From: Patescibacteria group bacterium
Lineage (GTDB): Bacteria > Patescibacteriota > Patescibacteriia > Patescibacteriales > UBA12465
NCBI GenBank assembly: GCA_041664445.1
Contig: JBAYKT010000004.1
Coordinates: 9,976-73,975 of the forward strand
DNA: 64,000 nt
Reading direction: 5' to 3'
Under the pieces are notes generated by a model. It worked only from the letters and a program-made list of their open reading frames with translations. It was not told the origin of the DNA and did no database searches. Positions 36,312 through 45,217 of the stretch are shown one piece after another (within the stretch, counting starts at the first letter, position 1; each line of letters opens with the position of its first letter). The position numbers were made by a program, and so were the translations under genes.

Positions 36312-37337
36312 ATGAATACGAAGGTTATTGCCACTATCGGGCCTAAAAGTGAGGCTCCAGAAAAACTACTCGCGCTTTTAAAAGCGGGGGTTGATATTGT
36401 TCGGGTCAATTTTTCCCACGCCAACTATGAACAGTATCTTAAAATAAGAAAATTGGTTTTAGATTTTAATAAAACCAGCGACCATAAAGTTTCTGTTTTA
36501 CTGGATCTTCAAGGACCAAGAATTAGAGTTGGAAAGATGCCGGAAGGCGGAATAATCTTGAATGACGGTCGGGTTTATAATTTTACCTTTTCCAAAGATG
36601 TTCATAAAATCGGTAGCGTTATTCCAATTGATAATCAAGATTTATATTTAGATATTAAAAAAAACCAACCGCTATTCTTGTGTAACGGCGAAATCGAATT
36701 GATTGTTACCGGCGTTAAAAATAAAGTTATTAGCGCTAAAGTTATTCATGGCGGATTACTTACGTCCCATAAAGGAATTAACGTTCCTGATACCAATATG
36801 CGCAAAGGCGGTTTAACGCCCAAGGATATTAAAGATTTAAAATTTGGTCTAAAGGCGGGCGTTGAATATTTTGGTTTATCTTTTGTACAGACGGCCGCTG
36901 ATGTTTTTAAATTGCGCAAATTAATCGGCAAGCATAAAGTTGGTATAATTTCTAAGATAGAACGGGGAATTGCCTTAAAGAATATTGACGAAATTATAGT
37001 TGCCTCTAATGTTATCATGATTGCTCGCGGCGATTTGGGAATTGAAACTCCGATTGAGAATTTGCCGATTGTGCAAAAAAATCTTATTAGACACGCCCAT
37101 TGGCATGAAACCCCAGCCATTATTGCTACTCAAGTAATGACCTCAATGATTAAAAGTCCAAGCCCAACGCGCGCGGAAATTAGCGATATCGCTAACGCCG
37201 TTTTAGATGGTGCTGATGTAATTATGCTTTCCGACGAAACCGCCGTTGGCGATTACGGTTTGGAAGCGGTTCGTATTTTACGGAAGGTAATCGACAGGAC
37301 GGAAAAATATATTAATAAAGAGTGTATTAATTTTTAA
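36312..37337 (+). CDS. pyk: Pyruvate kinase, short form lacking the C-terminal domain
   Basis: KVIATIGP, VRVNFSH, LLDLQGPRIR, MIARGDLGIE, MLSDETAVGDYGLEAV. The ORF stops right after the A-domain at 341 aa. Confidence 0.85.
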   Translation: MNTKVIATIGPKSEAPEKLLALLKAGVDIVRVNFSHANYEQYLKIRKLVLDFNKTSDHKVSVLLDLQGPRIRVGKMPEGGIILNDGRVYNFTFSKDVHKIGSVIPIDNQDLYLDIKKNQPLFLCNGEIELIVTGVKNKVISAKVIHGGLLTSHKGINVPDTNMRKGGLTPKDIKDLKFGLKAGVEYFGLSFVQTAADVFKLRKLIGKHKVGIISKIERGIALKNIDEIIVASNVIMIARGDLGIETPIENLPIVQKNLIRHAHWHETPAIIATQVMTSMIKSPSPTRAEISDIANAVLDGADVIMLSDETAVGDYGLEAVRILRKVIDRTEKYINKECINF

Positions 37338-37346
37338 TTTTTGGAT

Positions 37347-38639
37347 ATGAAAATAACAGCTATTAGCGCCTTGGAAATTTTAGACTCCCGAGGTAATCCT
37401 ACAGTGTCCGCTAAAGTAATTTTAGATAATGGCGCCAGCGGCCAAGCTATGGTTCCAAGTGGCGCTTCCACGGGCTCCTATGAGGCCGTAGAGTTGCGTG
37501 ACGGCGATAAGTCTCAATATCATGGCCAGGGAGTTTCAAATGCTATCAGAAATATCACCGAAAAAATCGCTCCAGCTCTTATCGGTTGTGATGCCGAAGA
37601 TCAACAAAAAATCGACGAAACGATGATTGCTCTTGATGGCACGGAAAATAAAGCTGTTTTAGGGGCTAATGCTATTTTGGCCGTTTCTTTGGCGGCAGCC
37701 CGGGCAGCAGCGGCCGGATTAAAGCAACCGCTTTATCAATATCTTTCTAAATTCAATCCAGATTTTTCAGGGAAATACTTTTTACCAATGCCCATGATGA
37801 ACGTTTTAAACGGCGGCAAGCACGCTGATTGGGCGACTGACATTCAAGAATATATGATTTTGCCGATTGGTGCCAAAAATATGGCTACAGCCGTGAGAAT
37901 GTGTGCCGAAATTTATCAATCTTTAAAAAAAGTTTTGAAAGCTAAAAATTATAGCATCAGCGTCGGCGATGAGGGGGGATTTGCCCCGGCCGTCAGCAGT
38001 AATGCCGAAGCCTTTGAACTTTTAAAGATGGCTACTGAACAATCTGGTTATAAATTAGGGGTAGATATTATTTTTGGGATTGATGCTGCGGCTACGGAAT
38101 TTTATGCTGACGGTAAATATAACCTAAAAAAAGAGAATCGTGTTTTAAATAGCGCGGAATTGGCTGATTTTTACGGCAAATTAATGGCCGAGTATCCAAT
38201 TTATTCCTTAGAAGATATTTTTGCCGAAGATGATTGGGATGGTTTTCAAAATTTCTTGAGAGATAATCCTAATCGACAGCTAGTTGGCGATGATTTATAT
38301 GTAACGAACGTTAAACGCTTGGAGAAGGGGATTGCCAATAAGAGTTCTAATTCTATCTTAATAAAACTTAATCAAATTGGAACTTTATCGGAAACGGTGG
38401 CCGCCATCTTGCTGGCTCGTAAAAATAAGCTGACCGCCGTTATTTCACATCGCAGTGGCGAAACTGAAGACGCTTTTATTGCTGATTTAGCGGCTGCCAT
38501 GGGAACCGGACAAATTAAAACCGGCGCTCCGGCTCGAGCCGAGAGAACCGCTAAGTACAATCGTTTAATGGAAATAGAAAATGATTTAGGCGCGAATTCT
38601 GAATTTTCTCGATTTCCATTTTTAGCCACCAATAATTAA
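37347..38639 (+). CDS. eno: Enolase
   Basis: MKITAISALEILDSRGNPTV, SGASTGSYEAVELRD, ILIKLNQIGTLSET, SHRSGETED. I use ATG 37347. The track start 37341 is a TTG two codons upstream. Confidence 0.95.
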   Translation: MKITAISALEILDSRGNPTVSAKVILDNGASGQAMVPSGASTGSYEAVELRDGDKSQYHGQGVSNAIRNITEKIAPALIGCDAEDQQKIDETMIALDGTENKAVLGANAILAVSLAAARAAAAGLKQPLYQYLSKFNPDFSGKYFLPMPMMNVLNGGKHADWATDIQEYMILPIGAKNMATAVRMCAEIYQSLKKVLKAKNYSISVGDEGGFAPAVSSNAEAFELLKMATEQSGYKLGVDIIFGIDAAATEFYADGKYNLKKENRVLNSAELADFYGKLMAEYPIYSLEDIFAEDDWDGFQNFLRDNPNRQLVGDDLYVTNVKRLEKGIANKSSNSILIKLNQIGTLSETVAAILLARKNKLTAVISHRSGETEDAFIADLAAAMGTGQIKTGAPARAERTAKYNRLMEIENDLGANSEFSRFPFLATNN

Positions 38640-38645
38640 TCAAGC

Positions 38646-38672
38646 GCGGCGCCTTAAACCGGCGCCGCTTTA
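38646..38672 (+). terminator. GC-rich hairpin after eno
   Basis: GCGGCGCC-ttaaacc-GGCGCCGC followed only by TTT, so the T-tract is weak. Confidence 0.45.
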
Positions 38673-38678
38673 AACTAT

Positions 38679-39788
38679 ATGATGCAGTTAATCTTTTTTG
38701 CTGTTTCCGCCTTAGTCTTACTGTTCGGCCATTTTTTGGTTTGGCTGGCCGTAGTTAAATTTTTTGGTTTGACGGCCATGAGCGCTAAAATAACAGCCGC
38801 TGTTATAATTGCCTTTTTGTTTCTGTCTGCCATCGCCGCCTCCTATCTGATTCATAAGTGGGATAATTTGGCGACTCGTTGGTATTATATGATTGCCGGT
38901 TTTTGGATTGGGGTTCTAGTTAATTTTTTCCTGAGCTTGCTATTGGTTTTAATTATAAAAATGTTAGGAATTTGGTTTGGTTTCAGCCTGTCTCCCGCGG
39001 TTTACAAATCAATTCTAATAATCGGAACTTTTCTTATTTCTGCTTATGGATTATATGGCGCTTTTATTCCTCGGATTAAAGATTATGAAGTCAGAATCAA
39101 AGATTTACCCTTAGCTTGGCAAGGAAAAACGGTGGTGCAGATTTCTGATATCCATCTCGGTCCGGTTTATCGGAAGCATTTTTTTTCACGAACGATTGAT
39201 AAAATTAACACTTTAAATCCCGAGGCGGTTTTTATCACCGGCGATTTATTTGACGGCATGGAATCTGATTTTTCTTGGATGAATACTCCATTTGCTAAAT
39301 TAAAAGCGCCCAAAGGAGTTTATTATTCTTTCGGTAATCATGATTTGTATTTAGGCTTTGATCGGGTTAAAGATTTATTGAAGAATAGTCCGGTGGAAAT
39401 TTTGGACAATCGTCGTGTTTTAGTCGACGGCCTGCAAATTATCGGCATCAATTATTCTTTTGATAGAAGCTTTGATTTATATAAAACTATTCTTGACCAA
39501 TCCGGTTACACCGAAGCACAGCCAAGCATTTTACTGTTCCACGAGCCTAAGAGAATCGATGCCGCTAGCCAGGCGGGAATAGATTTGCAGCTTTCCGGCC
39601 ATACTCATCGCGGACAGCTGTTTCCTTTTAATACTCTAGCTAATTTAGCCTACAAGGGGTATGGTTATGGCCTATCTAAGCTTGGGACCTTCAATCTGAT
39701 TGTTAACGGCGGTTTAGGCACCTGGGGACCACCAATGCGCACCACTAGCCAATCAGAAATAGTTAGAATTAAGTTATTGCCATTATAA
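38679..39788 (+). CDS. Membrane-anchored metallophosphoesterase (calcineurin-like)
   Basis: Four N-terminal TM helices, then ISDIHLG, ITGDLFDG, GNHD and GHTHRGQ motifs. Confidence 0.8.
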   Translation: MMQLIFFAVSALVLLFGHFLVWLAVVKFFGLTAMSAKITAAVIIAFLFLSAIAASYLIHKWDNLATRWYYMIAGFWIGVLVNFFLSLLLVLIIKMLGIWFGFSLSPAVYKSILIIGTFLISAYGLYGAFIPRIKDYEVRIKDLPLAWQGKTVVQISDIHLGPVYRKHFFSRTIDKINTLNPEAVFITGDLFDGMESDFSWMNTPFAKLKAPKGVYYSFGNHDLYLGFDRVKDLLKNSPVEILDNRRVLVDGLQIIGINYSFDRSFDLYKTILDQSGYTEAQPSILLFHEPKRIDAASQAGIDLQLSGHTHRGQLFPFNTLANLAYKGYGYGLSKLGTFNLIVNGGLGTWGPPMRTTSQSEIVRIKLLPL

Positions 39789-39807
39789 TTAATTTAAGCA
39801 TTTTAAG

Positions 39808-40890
39808 ATGAAAATAAAAAATTTATCGCAAGTTCTTGAGGGCCAGCCAAAATATCGTTATGCCCAAATCAATAAATTTCTTTTTCAGGATTATATTTCT
39901 GATTGGGACGAGGCTTCCAGCTTGCCCAAGAAATTACGCGAAGAATTAAGCGCCGCTTGCCCCTTAGAAATAAAAGCGGAAGTTTTTGCCGCTGAAGGCC
40001 GTCAAAAAACTCAACGCGCCTTAGTTTATTTGGAAGATGGCGAAAGTGTGGAGACGGTTTTAATCAGACAAAAGGCCGATAAAAATAAAGACGCTGATTA
40101 TGATAAGAGCGAAGATCAGGCGGATAAGAGGGAATATCGCAATACTGTTTGCGTCTCTAGCCAAATTGGCTGTCCTTTGGGCTGTACATTTTGCGCTACC
40201 GGTCAATTAGGATTTTTACGAAATTTGTCGTCCGCGGAAATTGTCGAACAAGTAGTTTTCTGGCAGCGATTACTAAAGGCGGAGAACGTTCAGGAGAAAG
40301 TTGATAATATTGTTTTTATGGGCATGGGTGAACCGTTTTTAAATTATCCGGAATTTATTAAAGCCGTAAAATTCCTTAATAATCCGGAAACTTTAAATAT
40401 TGGTGCGCGGAGAATGTCGGTTTCCACTGCCGGTTTAACTGAGGGCATTAAAAAATTAGCGGGAGAAAAATTACAAATTAATTTAGCGATTTCCTTGCAC
40501 GCGGCGACTGACAGCCTCCGCCAAAAATTAATGCCGATTGCTAAAAAATATGCGCTTACCGACATCTTTAAAAGCGTTGACGATTATATCAAGAAAACCG
40601 GGCGACGAGTGATGTTTGAGTATTTAATGATTAAAGGTATTAATGATAGTCAGAAAGATGCTGAAAATTTGGCGCTTTTAATGCATAAGCCTCTATATTT
40701 ATTGAATTTAATTCCTTATAATGACACCGGTCGCTTTCAGACTTCAAGCCGGGAGACGATTAATGATTTTAAAAATATTTTGGAAAAGGCGGGCGTCTCG
40801 GTAACTGTGCGCTTGAGTTTTGGTTCGGACATTGCTGCCGCTTGCGGGCAATTGCATAAAAAAAATTCGGCTGTCAAAGGCCGACGCTAA
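39808..40890 (+). CDS. rlmN: 23S rRNA/tRNA (adenine-C2)-methyltransferase RlmN (radical SAM)
   Basis: CVSSQIGCPLGCTFCATG radical-SAM cluster, GMGEPF, C-terminal AACGQL. Confidence 0.9.
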   Translation: MKIKNLSQVLEGQPKYRYAQINKFLFQDYISDWDEASSLPKKLREELSAACPLEIKAEVFAAEGRQKTQRALVYLEDGESVETVLIRQKADKNKDADYDKSEDQADKREYRNTVCVSSQIGCPLGCTFCATGQLGFLRNLSSAEIVEQVVFWQRLLKAENVQEKVDNIVFMGMGEPFLNYPEFIKAVKFLNNPETLNIGARRMSVSTAGLTEGIKKLAGEKLQINLAISLHAATDSLRQKLMPIAKKYALTDIFKSVDDYIKKTGRRVMFEYLMIKGINDSQKDAENLALLMHKPLYLLNLIPYNDTGRFQTSSRETINDFKNILEKAGVSVTVRLSFGSDIAAACGQLHKKNSAVKGRR

Positions 40891-40916
40891 TTTTATTTTT
40901 GATAAGCCTTATTTTT

Positions 40917-40946
40917 AAAAACCCGGCTGTGTTCAGTCGGGTTTTT
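40917..40946. terminator. Bidirectional terminator between rlmN and 40966..41841
   Basis: AAAAA-CCCGGCTG-tgtt-CAGTCGGG-TTTTTGTTTT. Confidence 0.65.
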
Positions 40947-40965
40947 GTTTTGAAGTTTTGAAGTT

Positions 40966-41841
40966 TTAAACGTCCATTTTTTTAAAAGCCTTAGCGGCTC
41001 GTTCACGTGATTTTTTTTGGCCGGAAATTTCGGCATAATCTCGGCGGCTAATTATTTCGCCGTTTTTAACGAACAGAAATCGGTAATGACCGGTACAAGA
41101 AAATTCAATCACAAATTTCGGCGCTTTGATAGCCTTAATAACATCTCGGATGTCCAGCAAGAAGGGATTTATTTCCCTAAAGCTAATAACGATTACCCCG
41201 CCAAATTCGCGCTGGCGATAGTTTAATCCCCGAAAGTTAGTTGTGGATAGAATTTTATTTTCCTCTTCCGTGCTCTTAATTAATTCAGGGCGCATTTTAG
41301 CTAGAGCTTCAATTTCAGGGTCATGTTTTTCGGTAACGATTTCCGTAATCATTTTACCTAAAAGTTTTAAGTAGCCGACGGTTTTGCCGACATTAAAATC
41401 AAACGCTTTTTGAACGGCGATTGCTTTTAAAATGCGGGCGGCCTCTAAATCGGCGGTTTCTTCATGGCCAAGTTCAATTAGACCGGCGCGTTTGTACAGA
41501 TATTCTGGAATGCTAATCCGGAGTTTTTTAAGCTCGTGAATATAGCCGGCAGAATCTCTCATGCCTTCAGACGTAAAAATTTTTCCGTCATAGCTCCAGA
41601 GCTTCAGGGTTTTACGCTGAGCGATAAATTCGGCCAGTCGTTTTTTTTCATCTTCGGTTTTTGGTTCTATTTCTAGAACGTAAACTTCTTCGCAACGAAG
41701 ACGATAGTTCATCACATCTTCAAACAGGCAGGGAATAATTTGAGCTCCCTTGGGTGTTTGCAGCATAATCTCGGTAGCCGCGAAAATTAATTCCGGCTTT
41801 TGAGAATTGATAAAAATTAAAACATGATTTGCTTTGTTCAT
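40966..41841 (-). CDS. Hypothetical protein, unassigned family (paralogue B of 461..1489)
   Basis: 291-aa ORF. N-terminus VLIFINSQKPELIFAATEIM and later blocks align collinearly with the 342-aa ORF at 461..1489. Confidence 0.75.
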   Translation of the reverse strand: MNKANHVLIFINSQKPELIFAATEIMLQTPKGAQIIPCLFEDVMNYRLRCEEVYVLEIEPKTEDEKKRLAEFIAQRKTLKLWSYDGKIFTSEGMRDSAGYIHELKKLRISIPEYLYKRAGLIELGHEETADLEAARILKAIAVQKAFDFNVGKTVGYLKLLGKMITEIVTEKHDPEIEALAKMRPELIKSTEEENKILSTTNFRGLNYRQREFGGVIVISFREINPFLLDIRDVIKAIKAPKFVIEFSCTGHYRFLFVKNGEIISRRDYAEISGQKKSRERAAKAFKKMDV

Positions 41842-41916
41842 TTGGTAACTTTTTTTGAGCGTTTTTATTATTTTAAAGTGCGATTCACCCGTAAATAATA
41901 ATATATTTTTAACAAG

Positions 41917-41946
41917 TTGTCAAATATGGTCTCCGGCCTGTATAAT
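41917..41946 (+). promoter_or_regulatory. Candidate promoter for 41967..42536
   Basis: TTGTCA (41917-22), 18 nt, TATAAT (41941-46). Confidence 0.5.
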
Positions 41947-41966
41947 AGAAACAGGCGCTTAATTTT

Positions 41967-42536
41967 ATGATGAAGAAAAATAAAAAAATTATTATTCAGG
42001 GGCAGGAAATAAGCTATTCTTTGCGTTCTTATAAAACATCCCGTCACTTACGTTTGGCTATTAGCGATAATGGAACAGTGTCCGTCACCAAGCCAGTTTT
42101 TGTGAGCGAGAAAACGGTTGGTGATTTTTTAGAAACTAAAGCCGTCTGGATTTTACAGCAATTAGCTAAAAGTGCTGCCAGCGCTCAAAGTTTGTCACCG
42201 GCTCAAGAATTAGCTGATTATCAGCGTTATAAAACGCGGGCGCATAATTTTGTGAGCGATCGTTTGGAGTATTTTAATCGATTCTATGGCTTTAAATATG
42301 GACGGGTAAGTGTTAGGCGGCAAAAGACCAGGTGGGGTAGTTGTTCTCGGGCCGGAAACCTTAATTTTAATTATCGCTTAATTTTTTTGGAACCGGCGGC
42401 GGCCGATTATATTATTGTCCACGAGCTCTGTCATTTGGGGGAATTCAATCATTCGCCAAATTTTTGGTCATTAGTGGCGCAACAAATTCCGGATTACCGC
42501 CAGTTAAAGAAAAAAGTAAAATTTTTTAAAGATTAA
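41967..42536 (+). CDS. YgjP-like (DUF45/SprT-like) metal-dependent hydrolase
   Basis: WGSCS..GNLNFNYRLI and the HELCHLGEFNHSPNFW zinc motif. Confidence 0.8.
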   Translation: MMKKNKKIIIQGQEISYSLRSYKTSRHLRLAISDNGTVSVTKPVFVSEKTVGDFLETKAVWILQQLAKSAASAQSLSPAQELADYQRYKTRAHNFVSDRLEYFNRFYGFKYGRVSVRRQKTRWGSCSRAGNLNFNYRLIFLEPAAADYIIVHELCHLGEFNHSPNFWSLVAQQIPDYRQLKKKVKFFKD

Positions 42537-42568
42537 TTGCCATTTAAGTGGCAAAAAGTTCAAGTTTT

Positions 42569-42577
42569 TGTTATAAT
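42569..42577 (+). promoter_or_regulatory. Extended -10 promoter element upstream of the superoxide dismutase gene
   Basis: TGtTATAAT (TG 42569-70, TATAAT 42572-77), 30 nt upstream of ATG 42608. Confidence 0.45.
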
Positions 42578-42607
42578 ATACAAGCTAATAAACTAATTTT
42601 AAAATAT

Positions 42608-43201
42608 ATGTTTACTTTAAAACCCTTGCCTTTTGCCAAGAATTCTCTAGAGCCGCATATGTCCGAGCAAACTTTAGACTTTCATTACGGCAAACATCAT
42701 CAAGCTTATATTGATAATCTTAATAAGCTGGTCGCCGGGACGGATTTAGAGAATCTTTCTTTAGAAGAAATAGTTGTTAAGACTGCCGGTAAGCCGGAAC
42801 AGGCGGCTATTTTTAATAATGCCGCCCAATCATATAATCATGAATTTTTTTGGAATTGCTTAAGTGCTCAGGCTGAAGATAGAAATATTCCGGCCGCTTT
42901 GTCCAAGATGATTATTGAGGCCTTTGGTTCCTTAGATGGTTTTTATGAGCAATTCAAAGCGGCTGCGCTCGGACAGTTTGGTAGCGGTTGGGCCTGGCTA
43001 GCTAAGGGTGAAAATGGTTTGGAAATTATTAAAACCGCTAACGGTGATAATCCCTTAACTCATAATCTTAAGCCCGTTTTAGGTTTGGATATTTGGGAAC
43101 ATTCTTATTACTTGGATTATCAGAATCGCCGTGGCGATTTCGTGGAAGCCGTTATGAGAAATTTATTTAATTGGAATTTTGCCGCCAAAAACCTGCTTTA
43201 A
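42608..43201 (+). CDS. Fe/Mn superoxide dismutase
   Basis: LPFAKNSLEPHMSEQTLDFHYGKHHQAY, NNAAQ.YNHEFFW, FGSGWAWL, LGLDIWEHSYYLDYQNRR. I use ATG 42608. The track start 42548 is a GTG inside the promoter region. Confidence 0.9.
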   Translation: MFTLKPLPFAKNSLEPHMSEQTLDFHYGKHHQAYIDNLNKLVAGTDLENLSLEEIVVKTAGKPEQAAIFNNAAQSYNHEFFWNCLSAQAEDRNIPAALSKMIIEAFGSLDGFYEQFKAAALGQFGSGWAWLAKGENGLEIIKTANGDNPLTHNLKPVLGLDIWEHSYYLDYQNRRGDFVEAVMRNLFNWNFAAKNLL

Positions 43202-43204
43202 TCT

Positions 43205-43888
43205 ATGTATAAAAATCCCTACATTAAAATACAGCCAAAAACCAAGCGGCCGTACACTGAGATTTTATTAATCCGCCATTGCCATCCTAATTATAAATTA
43301 GAAAAAAAATTGGGCGATAAAAAATTGCCGCTTTCTCCTGACGGCTTAAAACAGCGAAAATATCTGACTGCGCGCCTATTGCGCGCCAATATTGATGTTG
43401 TCTGCTCCAGTGAATTAATCAGAGCCCAGGAAACAGCGGCGGATTTTGTAAAGAAATCTAAAAAGAATCTGCTAATTAATCCGCGGCTTAATGAATTTAA
43501 TTGGGTGGCTTGGTATAAAATAAAATATTTTAACATGACGGAAAAGGAGCGTGAGAAACGCTTAAAACGTCATAAAGTTTTGGATGCTGAATTGGATAAA
43601 ATGCAGACCGCCGCTCGGAGAGCAATGGCTGATATTTTTCATCAGTATAAAGGTAAAAAAATTGCCGTTTTCTGCCATGGCAATTTTATCAAATCAGTTT
43701 TAACCGGAATTTTAAATGCCGATATTATTGGATTTTTATCCTTAGAAATATTCCAATCATCAATTAGCAAAATTATTGTCGATCGCGACGGCTATATAAA
43801 AATAATTTATATCAATGACGTTCATCATTTGCCGTCACCGCCGGATAAAGATGTTTTTCTAACTTTAATTGATCATGAAGAAAAATAA
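43205..43888 (+). CDS. Histidine phosphatase family protein (phosphoglycerate-mutase-like)
   Basis: ILLIRHC (RHG-type motif), SSELIRAQETA, FCHGNFI. Confidence 0.75.
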   Translation: MYKNPYIKIQPKTKRPYTEILLIRHCHPNYKLEKKLGDKKLPLSPDGLKQRKYLTARLLRANIDVVCSSELIRAQETAADFVKKSKKNLLINPRLNEFNWVAWYKIKYFNMTEKEREKRLKRHKVLDAELDKMQTAARRAMADIFHQYKGKKIAVFCHGNFIKSVLTGILNADIIGFLSLEIFQSSISKIIVDRDGYIKIIYINDVHHLPSPPDKDVFLTLIDHEEK

Positions 43889-45215
43889 ATTACAATCATG
43901 GTTGTTAATTTTCGGAGCGTTGTTAATAGCCGCTAATTTTTCTGTTGGTGCCGATGTGGCGGCGGCTACTAATTTAAACGGACGGATTTTGTTGCAAGTT
44001 CAGGATAAGGGCCAGGCTTGGTATGTTGACCCACAAAGCGCTAAACGTTATTATTTGGGGCGTCCGGATGACGCTTGGCGCATAATGCGCGCTTTTGGTC
44101 TAGGAGTTTCTAATAAAGATTTGGCTTATTTTTTAAGCACCAAGGCCCCAGCACGTTTGTCCGGTAGAATTTTGCTCAGAGTTGAAGATAAGGGGCAGGC
44201 TTATTATGTAAATCCGCTCACCCTCAAGCTTAGTTATTTAGGGAGGCCAGTCGACGCTTTCGCGGCCATTAGAAGTTTTGGCTTAGGCATAAGCAATGCC
44301 GATTTAGCAAAGATACCGTTAGGGACTTTAGTTAATGGGGCCGTAGCGGCAGAAACTGTTTCGGCGCCGATAAGCAAGGTTACGGTCAATCGTGCGTTTT
44401 CTTTTAAATATAAAAATACCGAGCAATCATTAGCACTTGCTCTGTTGCCAGATTTATATAAAAATTACAGTGAATCGCCTAAAGTTTATAGTTATCCGGC
44501 AAATAATCCGCCGGCTGATTTGCAGGGCGCTTTTTATGGCATGTTTTTGAAAATGAAAAGCGGCGATACTTCTATTTCGGATATTTCCTATCAGCTTAAA
44601 GCTTTAGCTCTAAAGAATAATTGGTCTAACGATGAATTATTAGAAAGCGCTTTGGCTCTTATTCAATATATCCCTTATGACCAAGCTAAGGCCGATTCGG
44701 ATCTTAACAATCCTTTTTATCCTTACGAAACCCTCTATCTAAATAAAGGCGTTTGTTCAGATAAAACTTTTTTGGCGGTCGCTTTAATAAAAAAATTAGG
44801 TTATGGTACGGCGATTATGGATTTCCCGGACATTAATCATAGCACTATTGGCATCGCTTGCCCGGTAGCCTATTCTGTTTCCGGTTCCGGTTATTGTTAT
44901 GCGGAAACCACTAATTATTTTCCCATCGGCGTTATCCCTAACAGTATAAGCGGCCAAGCTCGTTCCGGGGACTACGGATTCGACACTCTGTTTGATGAAA
45001 AAAAATTAGGCACGATTCAGATAATTCTTAAGAGCCAAGGGAACCTTTATCAAGGGGTAGCGGCGACCAGGCAGAAAGTCGCCGACATTAGCGCTTTGTA
45101 TGACGATATTGTCAGCAGCCGCTCATCCGCGCAAAATGATTATAATAGCATCGTGGTTTATAATGAAAAAGTTAATACTTTCAACCGCCTGTTAACAGAA
45201 TTTTATCAACAGTAG
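43875..45215 (+). CDS. Secreted protein: two ~49-aa tandem repeats + transglutaminase-like Cys-protease core
   Basis: Signal peptide MKKNKLQSWLLIFGALLIAANFSVGA. Duplicated GRILLQVQDKGQAWYV...LGRP.DA...R.FGLG.SN.DLA repeat. C-terminal GVCSDKTFLAVALIKKLGYG...HSTIGIACP...YCYAETT. I use ATG 43875 (the track start 43869 is TTG). Confidence 0.65.
   Translation: MKKNKLQSWLLIFGALLIAANFSVGADVAAATNLNGRILLQVQDKGQAWYVDPQSAKRYYLGRPDDAWRIMRAFGLGVSNKDLAYFLSTKAPARLSGRILLRVEDKGQAYYVNPLTLKLSYLGRPVDAFAAIRSFGLGISNADLAKIPLGTLVNGAVAAETVSAPISKVTVNRAFSFKYKNTEQSLALALLPDLYKNYSESPKVYSYPANNPPADLQGAFYGMFLKMKSGDTSISDISYQLKALALKNNWSNDELLESALALIQYIPYDQAKADSDLNNPFYPYETLYLNKGVCSDKTFLAVALIKKLGYGTAIMDFPDINHSTIGIACPVAYSVSGSGYCYAETTNYFPIGVIPNSISGQARSGDYGFDTLFDEKKLGTIQIILKSQGNLYQGVAATRQKVADISALYDDIVSSRSSAQNDYNSIVVYNEKVNTFNRLLTEFYQQ
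43980..44309 (+). repeat. Intragenic tandem duplication (2 x ~147 nt, period 183 nt)
   Basis: aa 36-84 (GRILLQVQDKGQAWYVDPQSAKRYYLGRPDDAWRIMRAFGLGVSNKDLA) versus aa 97-145 (GRILLRVEDKGQAYYVNPLTLKLSYLGRPVDAFAAIRSFGLGISNADLA). Confidence 0.85.
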
Positions 45216-45217
45216 AT

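Noticed and set aside
37341-37346. Upstream non-ATG or extended starts proposed by the ORF track (37341 eno, 42548 sod, 43869, 51588 tsf, 52422, 61267 guaB, 17017 dus, 8283 csoR)
   Set aside because: In each case an ATG slightly downstream gives the canonical N-terminus of the family (e.g. MKITAI.. for enolase, MELIKKLR.. for EF-Ts). The extension would overlap a promoter, a terminator or the preceding gene.
40080-40140. Lys/Asp-rich insertion (KADKNKDADYDKSEDQADKREY) in RlmN just before the radical-SAM cysteine box
   Set aside because: It is a low-complexity surface-loop-type insertion, and all catalytic motifs are intact. It is probably lineage-specific decoration with no evidence of separate function.
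40947-40970. Tandem octamer GTTTTGAA x2 + GTTTTAAA
   Set aside because: It has only 2-3 units, lies in the T-rich tail of a terminator and overlaps a stop codon. It looks like slippage or compositional noise rather than a functional repeat.
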